DNA from: an uncultured Legionellaceae bacterium
GTDB taxonomy: Bacteria > Pseudomonadota > Gammaproteobacteria > UBA6186 > Azoamicaceae
Assembly (NCBI GenBank): GCA_964351705.1
Contig: CAYGPC010000002.1
Location: 46,602-110,601 of the forward strand
Reading direction: 5' to 3'
DNA: 64,000 bases
Shown: piece after piece, positions 21,873 to 32,614 of the stretch
Position numbering within the stretch: position 1 is the stretch's first letter
Layout: every line of letters starts with the position of its first letter
Translations under genes and position numbers: made by a program
Notes under the pieces: generated by a model
Seen by the model: only the letters and a program-made list of their open reading frames with translations
What the model was told of the DNA's origin: nothing
Databases searched by the model: none

Positions 21873-23062
21873 TCAGTAGAAACTTGATGAAGTAGTTTAT
21901 GAATGTTCAAAGCTACTGTGTCATACATTCTCGAGAAAAAACTACCGTCTTCAATAGGATTAAGCGCGACAATAGGTTTTTGTGCTAGAACCTTATCATC
22001 CAGTTCAATGGATAGGGTGCCTAGAATAGCACCTGGCTTTGTGGGAGCCTTAATGATAGGTTCAACGTTAATTTTTGCTTGGAGTCTATCGTACTGTTCT
22101 CGATTGGCGGTTACGTATAAATCTTCAGCCAAACCAAGAGCAACTTCTTTCTCATTACCAAGCCAAATCCGGTTTTTCTTCAGAACTTTTTCTGCGGGGT
22201 ATAGTTTCCGTGTTTCAAAAAAGCTAAAACCATATTTAAGTAACTTGTCCGTTTCATCAATACGTACAGAGTCATTTTCAGCTCCCATAATGACTGCAAT
22301 TAACCGGGTATTGCCTTTTTTGCCTGAAGCGACCAAACAGTAGCCTGCAGAATCGGTATGCCCCGTTTTAATCCCATCGACAAGCGTATTGCGCCACAAG
22401 AGTCGGTTGCGATTTTCTTGACGGATCCCTTTATATTCAAAAGCCTTCTCGGCATAGATAGAGTATGTTTCAGGGAAGTCACGGATAATGGCTTTCGCAA
22501 GGATAGCCATGTCTCTTGCACTAGTGTAATGATTTGGATCTGGTAGTCCACTGGCATTCACAAAGTGTGTGGTTACCATACCAAGCTGAGCAGCGTAGGC
22601 ATTCATTAATTCAGTGAAGCTGGATTCAGAACCGGCGATGTATTCTGCTAAAGCCAATGAGGCGTCGTTTCCAGATTGAATAATGACACCACGTAAGAGA
22701 TCATCAACTGAAACTTTGGAATTGACTTCGACAAACATACGTGAGCCAGGCATTTTCCAGGCGCGTTCACTAATAGGCACCAAATCTGTTCTAGCAATTT
22801 TTCCATCACGCAGGGCATGATCCGTTACATAAACAGTCATCATTTTAGTAAGACTTGCAGGCGGCACACGTTGATCAACATCTTTTTCGGCAATCACAAA
22901 GTCACTTTTTTGATCCATTAAGATATACGACCGCGCAGCTAGAGCAGGGGGGGCCGGGATGATCATCATGGGTTGTGACGCTGCGGGGAGCTTCGCCAAA
23001 AGCGAAAAAGGGAGACAGCAAAGAATAAGGGTTGGGAGGGCTTTTTTTAACGAAAATGTCAT
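21869..23062 (-). CDS. dacA: D-alanyl-D-alanine carboxypeptidase (PBP5/6 family)
   Basis: Signal peptide, SxxK (SLTK), SGN (QSGND), KTG (KTGHT) and a C-terminal PBP5_C domain. Confidence 0.92.
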   Translation of the reverse strand: MTFSLKKALPTLILCCLPFSLLAKLPAASQPMMIIPAPPALAARSYILMDQKSDFVIAEKDVDQRVPPASLTKMMTVYVTDHALRDGKIARTDLVPISERAWKMPGSRMFVEVNSKVSVDDLLRGVIIQSGNDASLALAEYIAGSESSFTELMNAYAAQLGMVTTHFVNASGLPDPNHYTSARDMAILAKAIIRDFPETYSIYAEKAFEYKGIRQENRNRLLWRNTLVDGIKTGHTDSAGYCLVASGKKGNTRLIAVIMGAENDSVRIDETDKLLKYGFSFFETRKLYPAEKVLKKNRIWLGNEKEVALGLAEDLYVTANREQYDRLQAKINVEPIIKAPTKPGAILGTLSIELDDKVLAQKPIVALNPIEDGSFFSRMYDTVALNIHKLLHQVSTE

Positions 23063-23165
23063 GATATGGCTCCAACTACTGAATTGATAGTACCTATTTG
23101 AATTGTATCACGGAAATTTTAGAATGACGAATTAGTGTGGCAGTGTAATAACTGACTTATGAGGT

Positions 23166-24119
23166 TTAGCGTTTGACTACCCGTACTGTTGCTTTTTTTA
23201 CTTTCGGAGTTGTTTTGAGGCGTGTGGATTTCTGATGAACTTTTGTAGTGTTTGTTTTGATTTTTTTGACACTTTTAATTTTCGCTGTGCTTTTTTTCAC
23301 TCGGTTGTTCTTTGAAGGGGTGGTTTTTTTTGTTTTGAGTTGAGTAGGGGCTTTTTTTACTTGCGGAGTTGTTTTGAGACGTGTGGATTTCTTATTAATT
23401 TTTATAGTGTTGGTTTTGACTTTTTTAACACTTTTTAGTTTGGCAGTGCTTTTTTTCACTTTGGTCGTGTTGGCTTTAACCTTGGTAGGAGTGGCGTTAA
23501 CTTTTTTAGAGCTTGTTTTTGATTTGGATGTCGTTTTCTTCTTCCATCCATTATCTCGCGGATCGACTGACTCCACTTCTACCTTCGCAGTGCCTTGTCC
23601 TAACATGCCTAGTTTTAAGGCAGCAGCATACGACAGATCAATGATTCGGTTTTGGTGGAAAGGGCCACGATCATTTACTTTAACAATAATTCTTTTGTTG
23701 TTTTTCAAATTAGTTACTTTGACATAAGTAGGTAAAGGAAGCGTTTTATGTGCTGCGGTCATGGCAAACATATCATATTTATCGCCATTAGAGGTTTTTC
23801 GACCGTGGAATTGCGTTCCATACCATGATGCAAAGCCACGCTCTTTATAACCTCGGCTGGTTGAGCGTACATGGTAACGTTTGTTGAAAATAACATAGCT
23901 GTTGGATTTTCCGTATCGATTTCCCCATCGACTTAAAGGTTCTATTTTAGGTTTTGCATTGGGGATCCGTGACAGATTTTTAGGAATTTGTTTTGGTGCC
24001 CCATCATTTTTAACAGCACGAACCGATTGTGGCAGTCTGCGCTTTTTGCTGCAGGCGGGCAAGCATACACACATACACAGGGTTATTGTGAAGAGTGCTC
24101 CAAGGCGAAAAAAACTCAC
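23166..24119 (-). CDS. rlpA: RlpA-like septal lytic transglycosylase lipoprotein with a lysine-rich repeat tail instead of SPOR
   Basis: Lipobox LPAC and a DPBB domain (ASWYG..FHGRKTSNG..MTAAHKTLPLPTYVKVTNL..VKVNDRGPF). The C-terminal 125 aa contain 41 Lys and no Asp or Glu. Confidence 0.85.
   Translation of the reverse strand: MSFFRLGALFTITLCMCVCLPACSKKRRLPQSVRAVKNDGAPKQIPKNLSRIPNAKPKIEPLSRWGNRYGKSNSYVIFNKRYHVRSTSRGYKERGFASWYGTQFHGRKTSNGDKYDMFAMTAAHKTLPLPTYVKVTNLKNNKRIIVKVNDRGPFHQNRIIDLSYAAALKLGMLGQGTAKVEVESVDPRDNGWKKKTTSKSKTSSKKVNATPTKVKANTTKVKKSTAKLKSVKKVKTNTIKINKKSTRLKTTPQVKKAPTQLKTKKTTPSKNNRVKKSTAKIKSVKKIKTNTTKVHQKSTRLKTTPKVKKATVRVVKR
23191..23508. repeat. 159-nt tandem duplication inside the rlpA 3' region
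   Basis: GCTTTTTTTACTTTCGGAGTTGTTTTGAGGCGTGTGGATTTC at 23191 recurs with a few mismatches at 23350. The two encoded protein copies are VKKSTAKLKSVKKVKTNTIKINKKSTRLKTTPQVKKAP and VKKSTAKIKSVKKIKTNTTKVHQKSTRLKTTPKVKKAT, 53 aa apart. Confidence 0.8.
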
Positions 24120-24129
24120 AAAAGGTTCC

Positions 24130-25113
24130 TCAAGCGTCGTTCAATTTTCGAATGCGATCGCTGAGTTCGTGTACAGCCATAGCGTAATGCACACTATTGT
24201 TGTAGCGCATAATGGTATAAAAATTTGTCAAGCCTAAGCAGTATTTTCTAGTGTTTTTGGATTTTTGTAATACAATTATTTTCATTTTTTTATTATTGCT
24301 CAGTATTTTTTTGCTAGGCGTTTTTATTTTATAATTAGCGAGTTCAGCTGTTTTTAAATCATGATGTGTGGATAGCCCTGATAAATTTTTACTAGGCTTA
24401 ATGTTATCAATGATCGTTTTCTCACCAGATTTCCAACCATTTTTTTTGAGATAATTTGCAACGCTCAGTATAGTATCGTCAACGCTACTGACGAGATCTC
24501 TTTTACCATTTCCTGAGGCTGCAACGCCATAGTTGCGGTAGCTGCTCGGCATGAATTGAGGCATGCCAATTGCGCCAGCAAAGGAACCTTTTGTTGTGGC
24601 AGGATCTAAGGACCCTTCTTTAGCAAGTAGTAGAAAATGTTCTAATTCTGATCGGAAAAACTTTGCACGACGTGGGTAATCAAAAGCAAGCGTTGCCAAG
24701 CTTTGTATGACTGGAAAGCTTCCCATGTTTTTACCGTATCGCGTTTCAACTCCAATGATACTCACAATAACCTCTGCAGGAACTCCAGTTTTTTTCTCGG
24801 CTTTTTCCAAGGAGTTTTTGTGCTCTCTCATAAAATCAACACCGGCTCGAATTTGCTTTCGAGTGACCAATCTATTTCGATATTGATACCAAGGTAGCGC
24901 TTCGTATTGTTTGGACATTAGGGTAATTATTTTTTTATCAGGTGAGAACTTTGCAAAAAGAGAGTGAAGTTCCTTTTCATTAAAGCCATGTTTCTTATGC
25001 ATTTCTTGAATAAAGACATGCACTTCTCTACGATCCGAAAATGAATCGCCGCTGGCATAAAGACACGCGCTGTACGTGATGAATATACTTACGAGTAAAA
25101 ACTTTTTAATCAA
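24130..25113 (-). CDS. mltB: Lytic murein transglycosylase B
   Basis: SLT_2 family motifs (IIGVETRYG, GAIGMPQFMPSSY) and a signal peptide. Confidence 0.88.
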   Translation of the reverse strand: MIKKFLLVSIFITYSACLYASGDSFSDRREVHVFIQEMHKKHGFNEKELHSLFAKFSPDKKIITLMSKQYEALPWYQYRNRLVTRKQIRAGVDFMREHKNSLEKAEKKTGVPAEVIVSIIGVETRYGKNMGSFPVIQSLATLAFDYPRRAKFFRSELEHFLLLAKEGSLDPATTKGSFAGAIGMPQFMPSSYRNYGVAASGNGKRDLVSSVDDTILSVANYLKKNGWKSGEKTIIDNIKPSKNLSGLSTHHDLKTAELANYKIKTPSKKILSNNKKMKIIVLQKSKNTRKYCLGLTNFYTIMRYNNSVHYAMAVHELSDRIRKLNDA

Positions 25114-25130
25114 AACAATCTCCTACTTCT

Positions 25131-26261
25131 TTATCTGGGTAATAATTTTTTATGGGTATGAATAGACATTAGGATGCCAAAGCTTATCATGAGGGTGACT
25201 AACGAAGTTCCGCCATAGCTGACTAAAGGCAAAGGGATCCCAACAACGGGTAAAATACCTGTGACCATGCCGATATTCACAAAAACATAAACGAAGAGCG
25301 TCATCACCAAGCTGCCTGCCAAAAGCCGGCCAAAGGTATCTTGTGCTTGGGCACTGATATAGAGCCCGCGGACAATAAGTGCTAAATACAGCATGATTAA
25401 AATAAAGCAGCCGACAAAACCAAACTCTTCACCAAATACAGAGAAAGCAAAATCGGTGGTTCGTTCAGGTAAAAATTCTAAATGTGATTGGCTGCCATTA
25501 AACCAACCTTTACCATGTACACCACCAGAACCAATAGCAATTTTGGATTGGATGATATGGTATCCAGTTCCTAAGGGATCACGTTCTGGGTTGAACAAGA
25601 CTAAAATACGTTGACGCTGATATTCACGTAGAAAGAACCAAAGTGCGGGAAGTGAACAAAAGAACATGACACTGGACCATAGCAAGTAAGTCCATCGTAG
25701 GCCTGAAAAAAATATTACGGATAAGCCACTACTTAGAATCAGAATGGCGGTTCCTAAATCAGGTTGCTTTGCAGTAAGGATAACAGGGAGCATAATGAGC
25801 AGTAAAGGGACAGCTAACTTTGATAAGCGTGGAGGAAGTACCTGATTGTTAAAGTATTGTGCAACAACCATGGGTACGGCTATTTTCATTAGTTCTGCAG
25901 GTTGAAACCGAAATAAGCCGAGATCTAGCCAGCGCTGTGCGCCTTTACTGACATGTCCAATAATGAGAACAACAGCGAGGAGTACTAAAGTGGAAGCGTA
26001 TAACCAAGGGGCGAAACGTTGAAACAGTCGGGGTGGGATCTGCGCTACAACAATCATGCCAACGCTGGCGAGACCTAAACGGAGCAGTTGTCTTTCTAAC
26101 ATGTGCGTTTGAACACTGGCACTGTAGAGAATACAGGCACCAATTAGACTAATAGCAATAATACCCGTTAGCAATCCCCAATCTAAACGGAGTTTGGAAA
26201 AAAAACCAAGTTTTTTGTGGTTGAATGATGAGTAGGGGAGACTACGTTCAGCAGTATGCAT
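25131..26261 (-). CDS. mrdB: Peptidoglycan glycosyltransferase RodA (SEDS family)
   Basis: Ten-TM SEDS pattern with SEFAK-like ELMKI, TDFAFSVFGEEFGF and PLPLVSYGGTS. The gene lies downstream of mrdA. Confidence 0.93.
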   Translation of the reverse strand: MHTAERSLPYSSFNHKKLGFFSKLRLDWGLLTGIIAISLIGACILYSASVQTHMLERQLLRLGLASVGMIVVAQIPPRLFQRFAPWLYASTLVLLAVVLIIGHVSKGAQRWLDLGLFRFQPAELMKIAVPMVVAQYFNNQVLPPRLSKLAVPLLLIMLPVILTAKQPDLGTAILILSSGLSVIFFSGLRWTYLLWSSVMFFCSLPALWFFLREYQRQRILVLFNPERDPLGTGYHIIQSKIAIGSGGVHGKGWFNGSQSHLEFLPERTTDFAFSVFGEEFGFVGCFILIMLYLALIVRGLYISAQAQDTFGRLLAGSLVMTLFVYVFVNIGMVTGILPVVGIPLPLVSYGGTSLVTLMISFGILMSIHTHKKLLPR

Positions 26262-28135
26262 TAGGAAGCTGCCTTGGAATCAGAAGGGTGGTTAAAGTAA
26301 CCGTCTAGTAGAATACGTGCGATGTCGACGCTACTGGTCTTATATTTGTTTTCGATTAAGATGGCAAAAGCAATTTGAGGATCTTCTACTGGTGCAAACG
26401 CAATAAACCAGGAGTGATCTCTTAAGTGAGATTTAACTTTACTGGCGTTGTATTGTTCATCAGGTTTTAAGCTATATACTTGAGCAGTGCCGGTTTTGCC
26501 GGCAACTTGATAGGGTAGGCCACGACTTATACGATGTGCTGTTCCGCCTTTCATGTGGACAACCTTTTGCATGGCATCAATAATTTTTTGAATGTTGTCT
26601 GCTGATTGTAGTAAATTTTTTTCAATTGGGCGAGACAAATGCTCAGCAGGAGTAATAAGGTGATCACCGGCGTCGATAGTCGTCACCAACTGGGGTTTTA
26701 CAAGTTTGCCTCGATTGGCGAGCGTTGCTGTTACATGAGCCATTTGTAGGGGGGTTGTCAGTAGCAGGCCTTGCCCAACACCAATATTAAGGGTATCACC
26801 GGGGTACCAACTTGTATTTTGATTTTCTTTTTTCCATTTCACGGAGGGAACGAGTCCTGCAGACTCGCCATAGATATCCAAATCTGTGGTTTGCCCCAAA
26901 CCAAAGCGAGTGTATATTTCATACAAGTTGTCTATGCCTAAGTTATGTGCCAGTCGAAAGAAATAGGTATCACAACTTTGTACAATTGCCTTTTCAAGAT
27001 TCACTAAACCATGGCCTTGCTTGCTTCGAGTATAAATAAGATCGCGATACAAACGGCCTTCGTTATTAATTTGGTACCAACCCGGATCAGAAATCGATTC
27101 TTGAGGATCAATGGTATGAGTCTCTAATCCTTTGAGGGCAACTAGTGGTTTAATGATAGAACCTGGGGGATAGCGTGCTTGGATAGCGCGATTAAACAAA
27201 GGTTGTTCAGGCGAGTTGGCTAATTGGTCATAGGTTTTTTGGTTCATGCCTTGACTGAACACATTTGGATCAAAAGAAGGGGTGCTGACCATGGTGAGCA
27301 CATGACCGCTTTTAGGCTCAATGACTACGATGGCTCCTTTAAACTCTTGAAGGGCTTTGTGTGCTACTTGTTGTAGTCCTACATCTAATGACAGATACAA
27401 ATCGGAACCTGGTGTAGGTAAAATGTGTTTTAGGATCCGAATCGTTCTGCCTCTAGCATCTGTTTCAACATGTTGATAACCCACTTTTCCATGAAGTGTT
27501 TCTTCATAAAATTTTTCAATTCCTGTTTTTCCAATGTGATAAGTGCCTCGGTAGTTAGTTTTATTTGCTTTAGCTAATTCTTGTTCGTTGATGGGGCCTG
27601 TATAGCCTATTGCATGTGCGAACAACTCTTGTAAGGGATAGTGACGGATCAGTCGAGCGGCAATTTCAACTCCAGGCAGCTTATGTTTTTCTACTGAAAA
27701 TTTTGCAACTTCTTCTTCTGTCAATTTGATACGAATAGGGATCCCTTCACTGCGAGATTTGTATTTAAGTTGTTTTGAAAATTGTTGCTTTTCAGTTTCA
27801 GTGAGAGGCATGATGGCGTTGATTGTGGAAAGCGTTTTGTCCATATTCACAACTTGTTCGGGAATGATCTCTAAGTTAAAGACTGGAATGTTTTCAGCCA
27901 ATAATGTTCCATGTCGATCAAAGATAAGACCTCGATTGGGCACAATAGGGATGATCCGAACCTGATTATGCAAAGAAAGCATTTTATAGCGATCGTATTG
28001 GTATATTTGCAGAGATACCAGACGCCCCAGCAGGGTTAGAACCAAAAGCAGCACTATAATGACTGCAATCACAACCCGATTGACATAAAGTTTACTTTCT
28101 TTAAAGTGATCTTTGATAGTGTGTAAATTTGTCAA
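26261..28135 (-). CDS. mrdA: Penicillin-binding protein 2 (elongasome transpeptidase)
   Basis: N-terminal TM segment, transpeptidase motifs SIIK (SxxK) and SCD, and KTGTAQ. Confidence 0.95.
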   Translation of the reverse strand: MTNLHTIKDHFKESKLYVNRVVIAVIIVLLLVLTLLGRLVSLQIYQYDRYKMLSLHNQVRIIPIVPNRGLIFDRHGTLLAENIPVFNLEIIPEQVVNMDKTLSTINAIMPLTETEKQQFSKQLKYKSRSEGIPIRIKLTEEEVAKFSVEKHKLPGVEIAARLIRHYPLQELFAHAIGYTGPINEQELAKANKTNYRGTYHIGKTGIEKFYEETLHGKVGYQHVETDARGRTIRILKHILPTPGSDLYLSLDVGLQQVAHKALQEFKGAIVVIEPKSGHVLTMVSTPSFDPNVFSQGMNQKTYDQLANSPEQPLFNRAIQARYPPGSIIKPLVALKGLETHTIDPQESISDPGWYQINNEGRLYRDLIYTRSKQGHGLVNLEKAIVQSCDTYFFRLAHNLGIDNLYEIYTRFGLGQTTDLDIYGESAGLVPSVKWKKENQNTSWYPGDTLNIGVGQGLLLTTPLQMAHVTATLANRGKLVKPQLVTTIDAGDHLITPAEHLSRPIEKNLLQSADNIQKIIDAMQKVVHMKGGTAHRISRGLPYQVAGKTGTAQVYSLKPDEQYNASKVKSHLRDHSWFIAFAPVEDPQIAFAILIENKYKTSSVDIARILLDGYFNHPSDSKAAS

Positions 28136-28254
28136 AAACGTTGTCCGACAGAATGTGTGAAATCAGTACTATCATGCCAAAAAGAACGTTCTATCTCAAT
28201 GTAAACCTGCGAGAAGACAGGAATTGGCAAGTTGGAAACCTTGTATTGATTAAG

Positions 28255-28593
28255 CTAATCACCTGAACTTGGCGTTTCACTGCGATCCCAGAGTTTTTCC
28301 AGACTGTAGAACTCTCGTGTGTCGCGTAACATGATGTGCACAACCAAGTCACCGAGATCTACCAGGATCCACTCACCTTCATTTTCACCTTCTATTCCTA
28401 TAATTGGGTAGGATTGCTCTTTAGCCTTACAAACAACGTTTTCAGCAATGGCTTTTACTTGTCGAGAGGAGTTGCCTGTAGCAACAATTAAACGATCAGT
28501 GACGGAAGTCAGTTTTTGAACATCAATGACTTTTATATCCGTGGCTTTAATGTCTTCTAAGGCTTCCATGACGAGAGCTTCTAAAGGGTTCAT
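28255..28593 (-). CDS. rsfS: Ribosomal silencing factor RsfS
   Basis: The motif run DIKVIDV..LTSVTDRLIVATGNSSRQVKAIA..EGENEGEWILVDLGDLVVHIM is typical RsfS/YbeB. ATG 28593 overlaps the holA stop (ATGA). Confidence 0.9.
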   Translation of the reverse strand: MNPLEALVMEALEDIKATDIKVIDVQKLTSVTDRLIVATGNSSRQVKAIAENVVCKAKEQSYPIIGIEGENEGEWILVDLGDLVVHIMLRDTREFYSLEKLWDRSETPSSGD

Positions 28594-29597
28594 GTTGGTC
28601 TCCCAGTGAGTGTTAGGCACATTGTTGATAACGAACGCCAGGGATCACCTGGGATCCGTCCTTTGATAATGTCATCGGTTTTTTTGGCTTGCAGCAGTAT
28701 AGAATGAAGTGTGTGGAAGGTTACACGTTGTATGCATTTTTGAACGAGAGGTTCTTTACGTCGCCAAATCCCACATTGGGTAAAAGCTTGAGATTGTGGG
28801 ATGCCTTGTTTTAGTTTTGTACAAAGTGTTAACAAGATCCTGCTTTCTTTAGTAATGGCCCATAGTACTAAAATAGGATCAAGTTTTTCATTCTTTAAGC
28901 CTCTCAGTATGTGGTGCACACGATCTGAAGAGCCAGTAAGCAAAGCATCTATTAAAAGAAACACGCTAAAGCGAGTGTCCATACTGACCGTAGATAGAAT
29001 GGTTTCGGCTGATAATGTGGTGTCTGGGTGTGACAACTTAAGTCTTTCAATCGCTTGAAAAGTGGCTGCAAGGTTTCCTTCAGTCCTTTCTAGTAGTAGT
29101 TCAGCAGTTCCGGCATTCACTTTAAATCCCGCTTGTTTGAGCTTCATTTGGATCCAGCTTAAGGTTTCTTCTCGGGACAAAGGGGATACACCGATCACAC
29201 AAAATTTTTGTTCTATCTGTTTAAACCAGTTGGTTTTTTGTATTTTGTAGTCAATTTTATGGCAGGAAATTAAAAGCGCTAGATCTGCCGGTAATGGTGT
29301 TTTAGCAAGAGCCGTTATCGATTTTTCGATTTTGGAAAAGACGTTATCTGCTAGTCGACATTCAACAAAGCGCTTTTGAGAAAAGAGATTACTAGCAGAC
29401 AGTTGATTGGTTAGTTTATCCCAGTCTAAGGCGGAGGTAATGTCTACGACCTCGCGAGAAAAGGTTTGCTTCCGAGCTAAAGTGCGGATGGCATCGATGG
29501 CCTCATTTTGTTGAATGGGTTCTTCGCCAAAAACCAGGAAGCTTCCTGGAAAATAACGTGCCAGTTGCGCATCAAGTGCTTTGAACGGAAGTCGCAT
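28590..29597 (-). CDS. holA: DNA polymerase III delta subunit
   Basis: 335 aa in the conserved lptE-holA position, with a delta-like N-terminus (YLVFGEEP..Q). Confidence 0.85.
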   Translation of the reverse strand: MRLPFKALDAQLARYFPGSFLVFGEEPIQQNEAIDAIRTLARKQTFSREVVDITSALDWDKLTNQLSASNLFSQKRFVECRLADNVFSKIEKSITALAKTPLPADLALLISCHKIDYKIQKTNWFKQIEQKFCVIGVSPLSREETLSWIQMKLKQAGFKVNAGTAELLLERTEGNLAATFQAIERLKLSHPDTTLSAETILSTVSMDTRFSVFLLIDALLTGSSDRVHHILRGLKNEKLDPILVLWAITKESRILLTLCTKLKQGIPQSQAFTQCGIWRRKEPLVQKCIQRVTFHTLHSILLQAKKTDDIIKGRIPGDPWRSLSTMCLTLTGRPT

Positions 29598-30095
29598 TTA
29601 GCGTTCTCCGCGCGAACTGATGATAGAGAACTGGCGGATAAGTTGAGACGCAGCGTCTAAATACAGATCTGTCTTCAGTCGATTTCTTTCGTGATCAGTA
29701 GCCAAATAATTATTGGGATCAATGGTTAACTCTCGAGTGGCATTTACTTGGTGAGTTTCACTCAGTGGTTTTCCATTGAGTAATAATTGATATTGTACAG
29801 AGAAAGTAATGACTGCACGATTGGCTCGTCCATCTGAGCCATAGGAAACGACCTTTTCAGTAAAATCTTGACTCAACAGTTCAAGTGTTGCGGGAGTTTG
29901 TAGATTATCTACGATGTTGACATGATTGCTTTTGAGTAGTGGTCTCAGTGTGCGTTGAAAATTGTCAAGTGGTTGGTGTGGTGTTATTTTCAACGTTTGT
30001 AGTTCAACGGGTATTGGGTAGGCACCTCGTAGTTGAAAGCCACACCCAGGTAGAAAAATAATAAAGCTAATAATGATTGAAACCTTTTTATACAT
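29598..30095 (-). CDS. lptE: LPS-assembly lipoprotein LptE
   Basis: Lipobox LPGCG followed by FQLRG, located immediately downstream of leuS. Confidence 0.8.
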   Translation of the reverse strand: MYKKVSIIISFIIFLPGCGFQLRGAYPIPVELQTLKITPHQPLDNFQRTLRPLLKSNHVNIVDNLQTPATLELLSQDFTEKVVSYGSDGRANRAVITFSVQYQLLLNGKPLSETHQVNATRELTIDPNNYLATDHERNRLKTDLYLDAASQLIRQFSIISSRGER

Positions 30096-30098
30096 TGC

Positions 30099-32534
30099 TT
30101 AAGTCACAACAATATTGACAAGTTTATTGGGTACAATGATAACCTTTTTGACTTGCTTGTTTTCAATGTGGCGCTTTATATTTTCATGTTCGAGTGCCAG
30201 TTTCTCCAGTGAAGCTTTTTCATGCACGGTCGGAACAGTCATATTTCCACGAAATTTCCCATTAATTTGAATGACAATAGTTAGTTGATCTTTGATTAAG
30301 GCTTTTGGATCGACAACAGGCCATGTTTCATCGACAATAGGTTTTTGGTTGCCGAGTGCTTGCCAGAGAGTATGTGTAATATGAGGTGCAATCGGAGAAA
30401 GCATCAAAACCAAATTACGTAGCGCTTCAGCTAAAATGGATTGGTCCTCTTTGGTTGCACACTGAAATTTTTGTATCGCGTTGAGCAGTTCCATCATAGC
30501 TGCAATGGCGGTATTAAATGTTTGGCGACGTGAAAAATCATCGGTTACTTTCTGTATGGTTTCATGGCACATTCGGCGTAAATTTTTTCGTTCTACCTCT
30601 GGCGTCTCAATATTAGGCAGTACGTTGTTTTTGTATTGGTAGACTGCGGTCCACAAGCGCTTCAAGAATCTAAAGGATCCCTCCACTCCTGAATCAGACC
30701 ATTCCAAGGACTGCTCAGGTGGTGCGGCAAACATGAGAAACAAACGTAAGGTGTCTGCGCCATACGCATCGACTAAATGTTGGGGATCTACAGTGTTGCC
30801 CAGAGATTTTGACATTTTTGCCCCATCTTTTAACACCATACCTTGTGTTAGGAGGGCCTTGAAAGGTTCGTCTCCTTGAACTAACTCTAAATCACGCATC
30901 GCTTTATGAAAGAAACGAGCGTACAGCAAATGTAAAATGGCGTGTTCAATACCACCGATGTATTGATCGACTGGTAACCAGTAACGCGCATTTTCATTAA
31001 ACATTTTTTCGGGTTCATTGGGGCAGGCGAATCGAGCGTAATACCAGGAAGATTCAACAAATGTATCAAACGTATCGGTTTCGCGGGTTGCTGGCCCTTG
31101 GCATTTTGGACAGTGCGTCTTACTAAATTCATCGAGGTTGCGCAGGGGAGATTGCACACCTGAAAAAGAAACGTCCTCTGGTAGCACAACAGGTAAGTCT
31201 TCTTCTGGGACGGGAAGAGCACCACAAGACTTGCAGTAGATGATAGGGATAGGTGTTCCCCAGTAGCGTTGGCGTGAAACTCCCCAGTCACGTAGCCGCC
31301 AATGAATTTTCTTTTGACCCAATTGTTGGCTTTCTAGATATTGAGTTATGACGTTAATCGCTTTCTTAGAATCTAAACCATCAAATTGTTCTGAATTGAT
31401 AAGTTTTCCGTGTCCGAGAAATGCTTCTTGGCTGAAGTCTGTGTCCTGATCTGAGGTAATAACGGGTTGTACGGCAAGTTTGTATTTAGTTGCGAATTCA
31501 AAATCTCGTGTATCGTGAGCAGGAACACCCATGACAGCACTGGTGCCATAGTCAGTGAGTACATAATTAGCAATCCAAACAGGGATGGTTCTACCCGTGA
31601 GAGGATGTATCGCTTGTATAGGGGTTGCGATGCCGCGTTTGTCGAGGGTTGCAAAATCGGCTTCTGCAGTTTTTTGGCTATTACAGGTTTCTATAAAACT
31701 TTTGACTTCAATATCTGTAGTTGCGAGTGCTTTAGCGATTGGGTGATCGATTGCAATGGCTAGATAAGTAACCCCAAATAAAGTATCTGTTCGTGTTGTA
31801 AAAACGGTGATGGGATCGTTTTTTTCAACTTTGAATTCAATTAGAACGCCTTCTGAGCGGCCCAACCAGTTTCGTTGCATTGTTTTGACTTGGTTTGGCC
31901 AATCAGGGAGCTTATCGAGATCGTCTAATAGTTCTTGAGCATAGGCTGTCGTTTTAAGAAACCATTGGGGGATTTCCCGGCGCTCAATTTTTGCCCCTGA
32001 ACGCCAACCACAACCGTCAATCACTTGTTCATTGGCTAAAACAGTTTGATCAATTGGATCCCAGTTGACTAATGCATTTTTTCGATAGACTAAACCTTTT
32101 TCAAGAAGTTTAATAAAGAACCATTGTTCCCAACGGTAGTAACTAGGCTTACAGGTCGCCATTTCTCGATCCCAGTCATAACCAAAGCCCAAGCGTTTAA
32201 ATTGATCACGCATCGTATTGATGTTCTGATAGGTCCATTCTGCTGGCGGAATTTTATTTTGTACGGCGGCATTTTCGGCAGGAAGCCCAAATGCGTCCCA
32301 TCCAATGGGTTGCATTACATTTTTGCCTTGTAGGCGTTGATAGCGGGTGATGACATCACCTAAGGTGTAATTACGCACATGGCCCACATGCAGGTTTCCG
32401 CTTGGGTAAGGAAACATGCTTAGGCAGTAGAATTTCTCAAGATCAGTATTTTCAACGGCTTTAAAGGTTTTATGAGCAGTCCAGTAGGATTGAGCTTCTT
32501 GTTCTATTTTCTTGGGATCGTATTGTGTTTCCAT
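30099..32534 (-). CDS. leuS: Leucine--tRNA ligase
   Basis: HIGH motif (LHVGHVRNY) and KMSKS. The likely start is [11 protein letters not shown] at 32534. Confidence 0.97.
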   Translation of the reverse strand: METQYDPKKIEQEAQSYWTAHKTFKAVENTDLEKFYCLSMFPYPSGNLHVGHVRNYTLGDVITRYQRLQGKNVMQPIGWDAFGLPAENAAVQNKIPPAEWTYQNINTMRDQFKRLGFGYDWDREMATCKPSYYRWEQWFFIKLLEKGLVYRKNALVNWDPIDQTVLANEQVIDGCGWRSGAKIERREIPQWFLKTTAYAQELLDDLDKLPDWPNQVKTMQRNWLGRSEGVLIEFKVEKNDPITVFTTRTDTLFGVTYLAIAIDHPIAKALATTDIEVKSFIETCNSQKTAEADFATLDKRGIATPIQAIHPLTGRTIPVWIANYVLTDYGTSAVMGVPAHDTRDFEFATKYKLAVQPVITSDQDTDFSQEAFLGHGKLINSEQFDGLDSKKAINVITQYLESQQLGQKKIHWRLRDWGVSRQRYWGTPIPIIYCKSCGALPVPEEDLPVVLPEDVSFSGVQSPLRNLDEFSKTHCPKCQGPATRETDTFDTFVESSWYYARFACPNEPEKMFNENARYWLPVDQYIGGIEHAILHLLYARFFHKAMRDLELVQGDEPFKALLTQGMVLKDGAKMSKSLGNTVDPQHLVDAYGADTLRLFLMFAAPPEQSLEWSDSGVEGSFRFLKRLWTAVYQYKNNVLPNIETPEVERKNLRRMCHETIQKVTDDFSRRQTFNTAIAAMMELLNAIQKFQCATKEDQSILAEALRNLVLMLSPIAPHITHTLWQALGNQKPIVDETWPVVDPKALIKDQLTIVIQINGKFRGNMTVPTVHEKASLEKLALEHENIKRHIENKQVKKVIIVPNKLVNIVVT

Positions 32535-32614
32535 ATCTTTGACCAGTCGAGTTTTAGGCTTACAAAATAACATAAGCTCATAACTTCCAACAAATTTAAT
32601 TCAGGCTATGTTAA

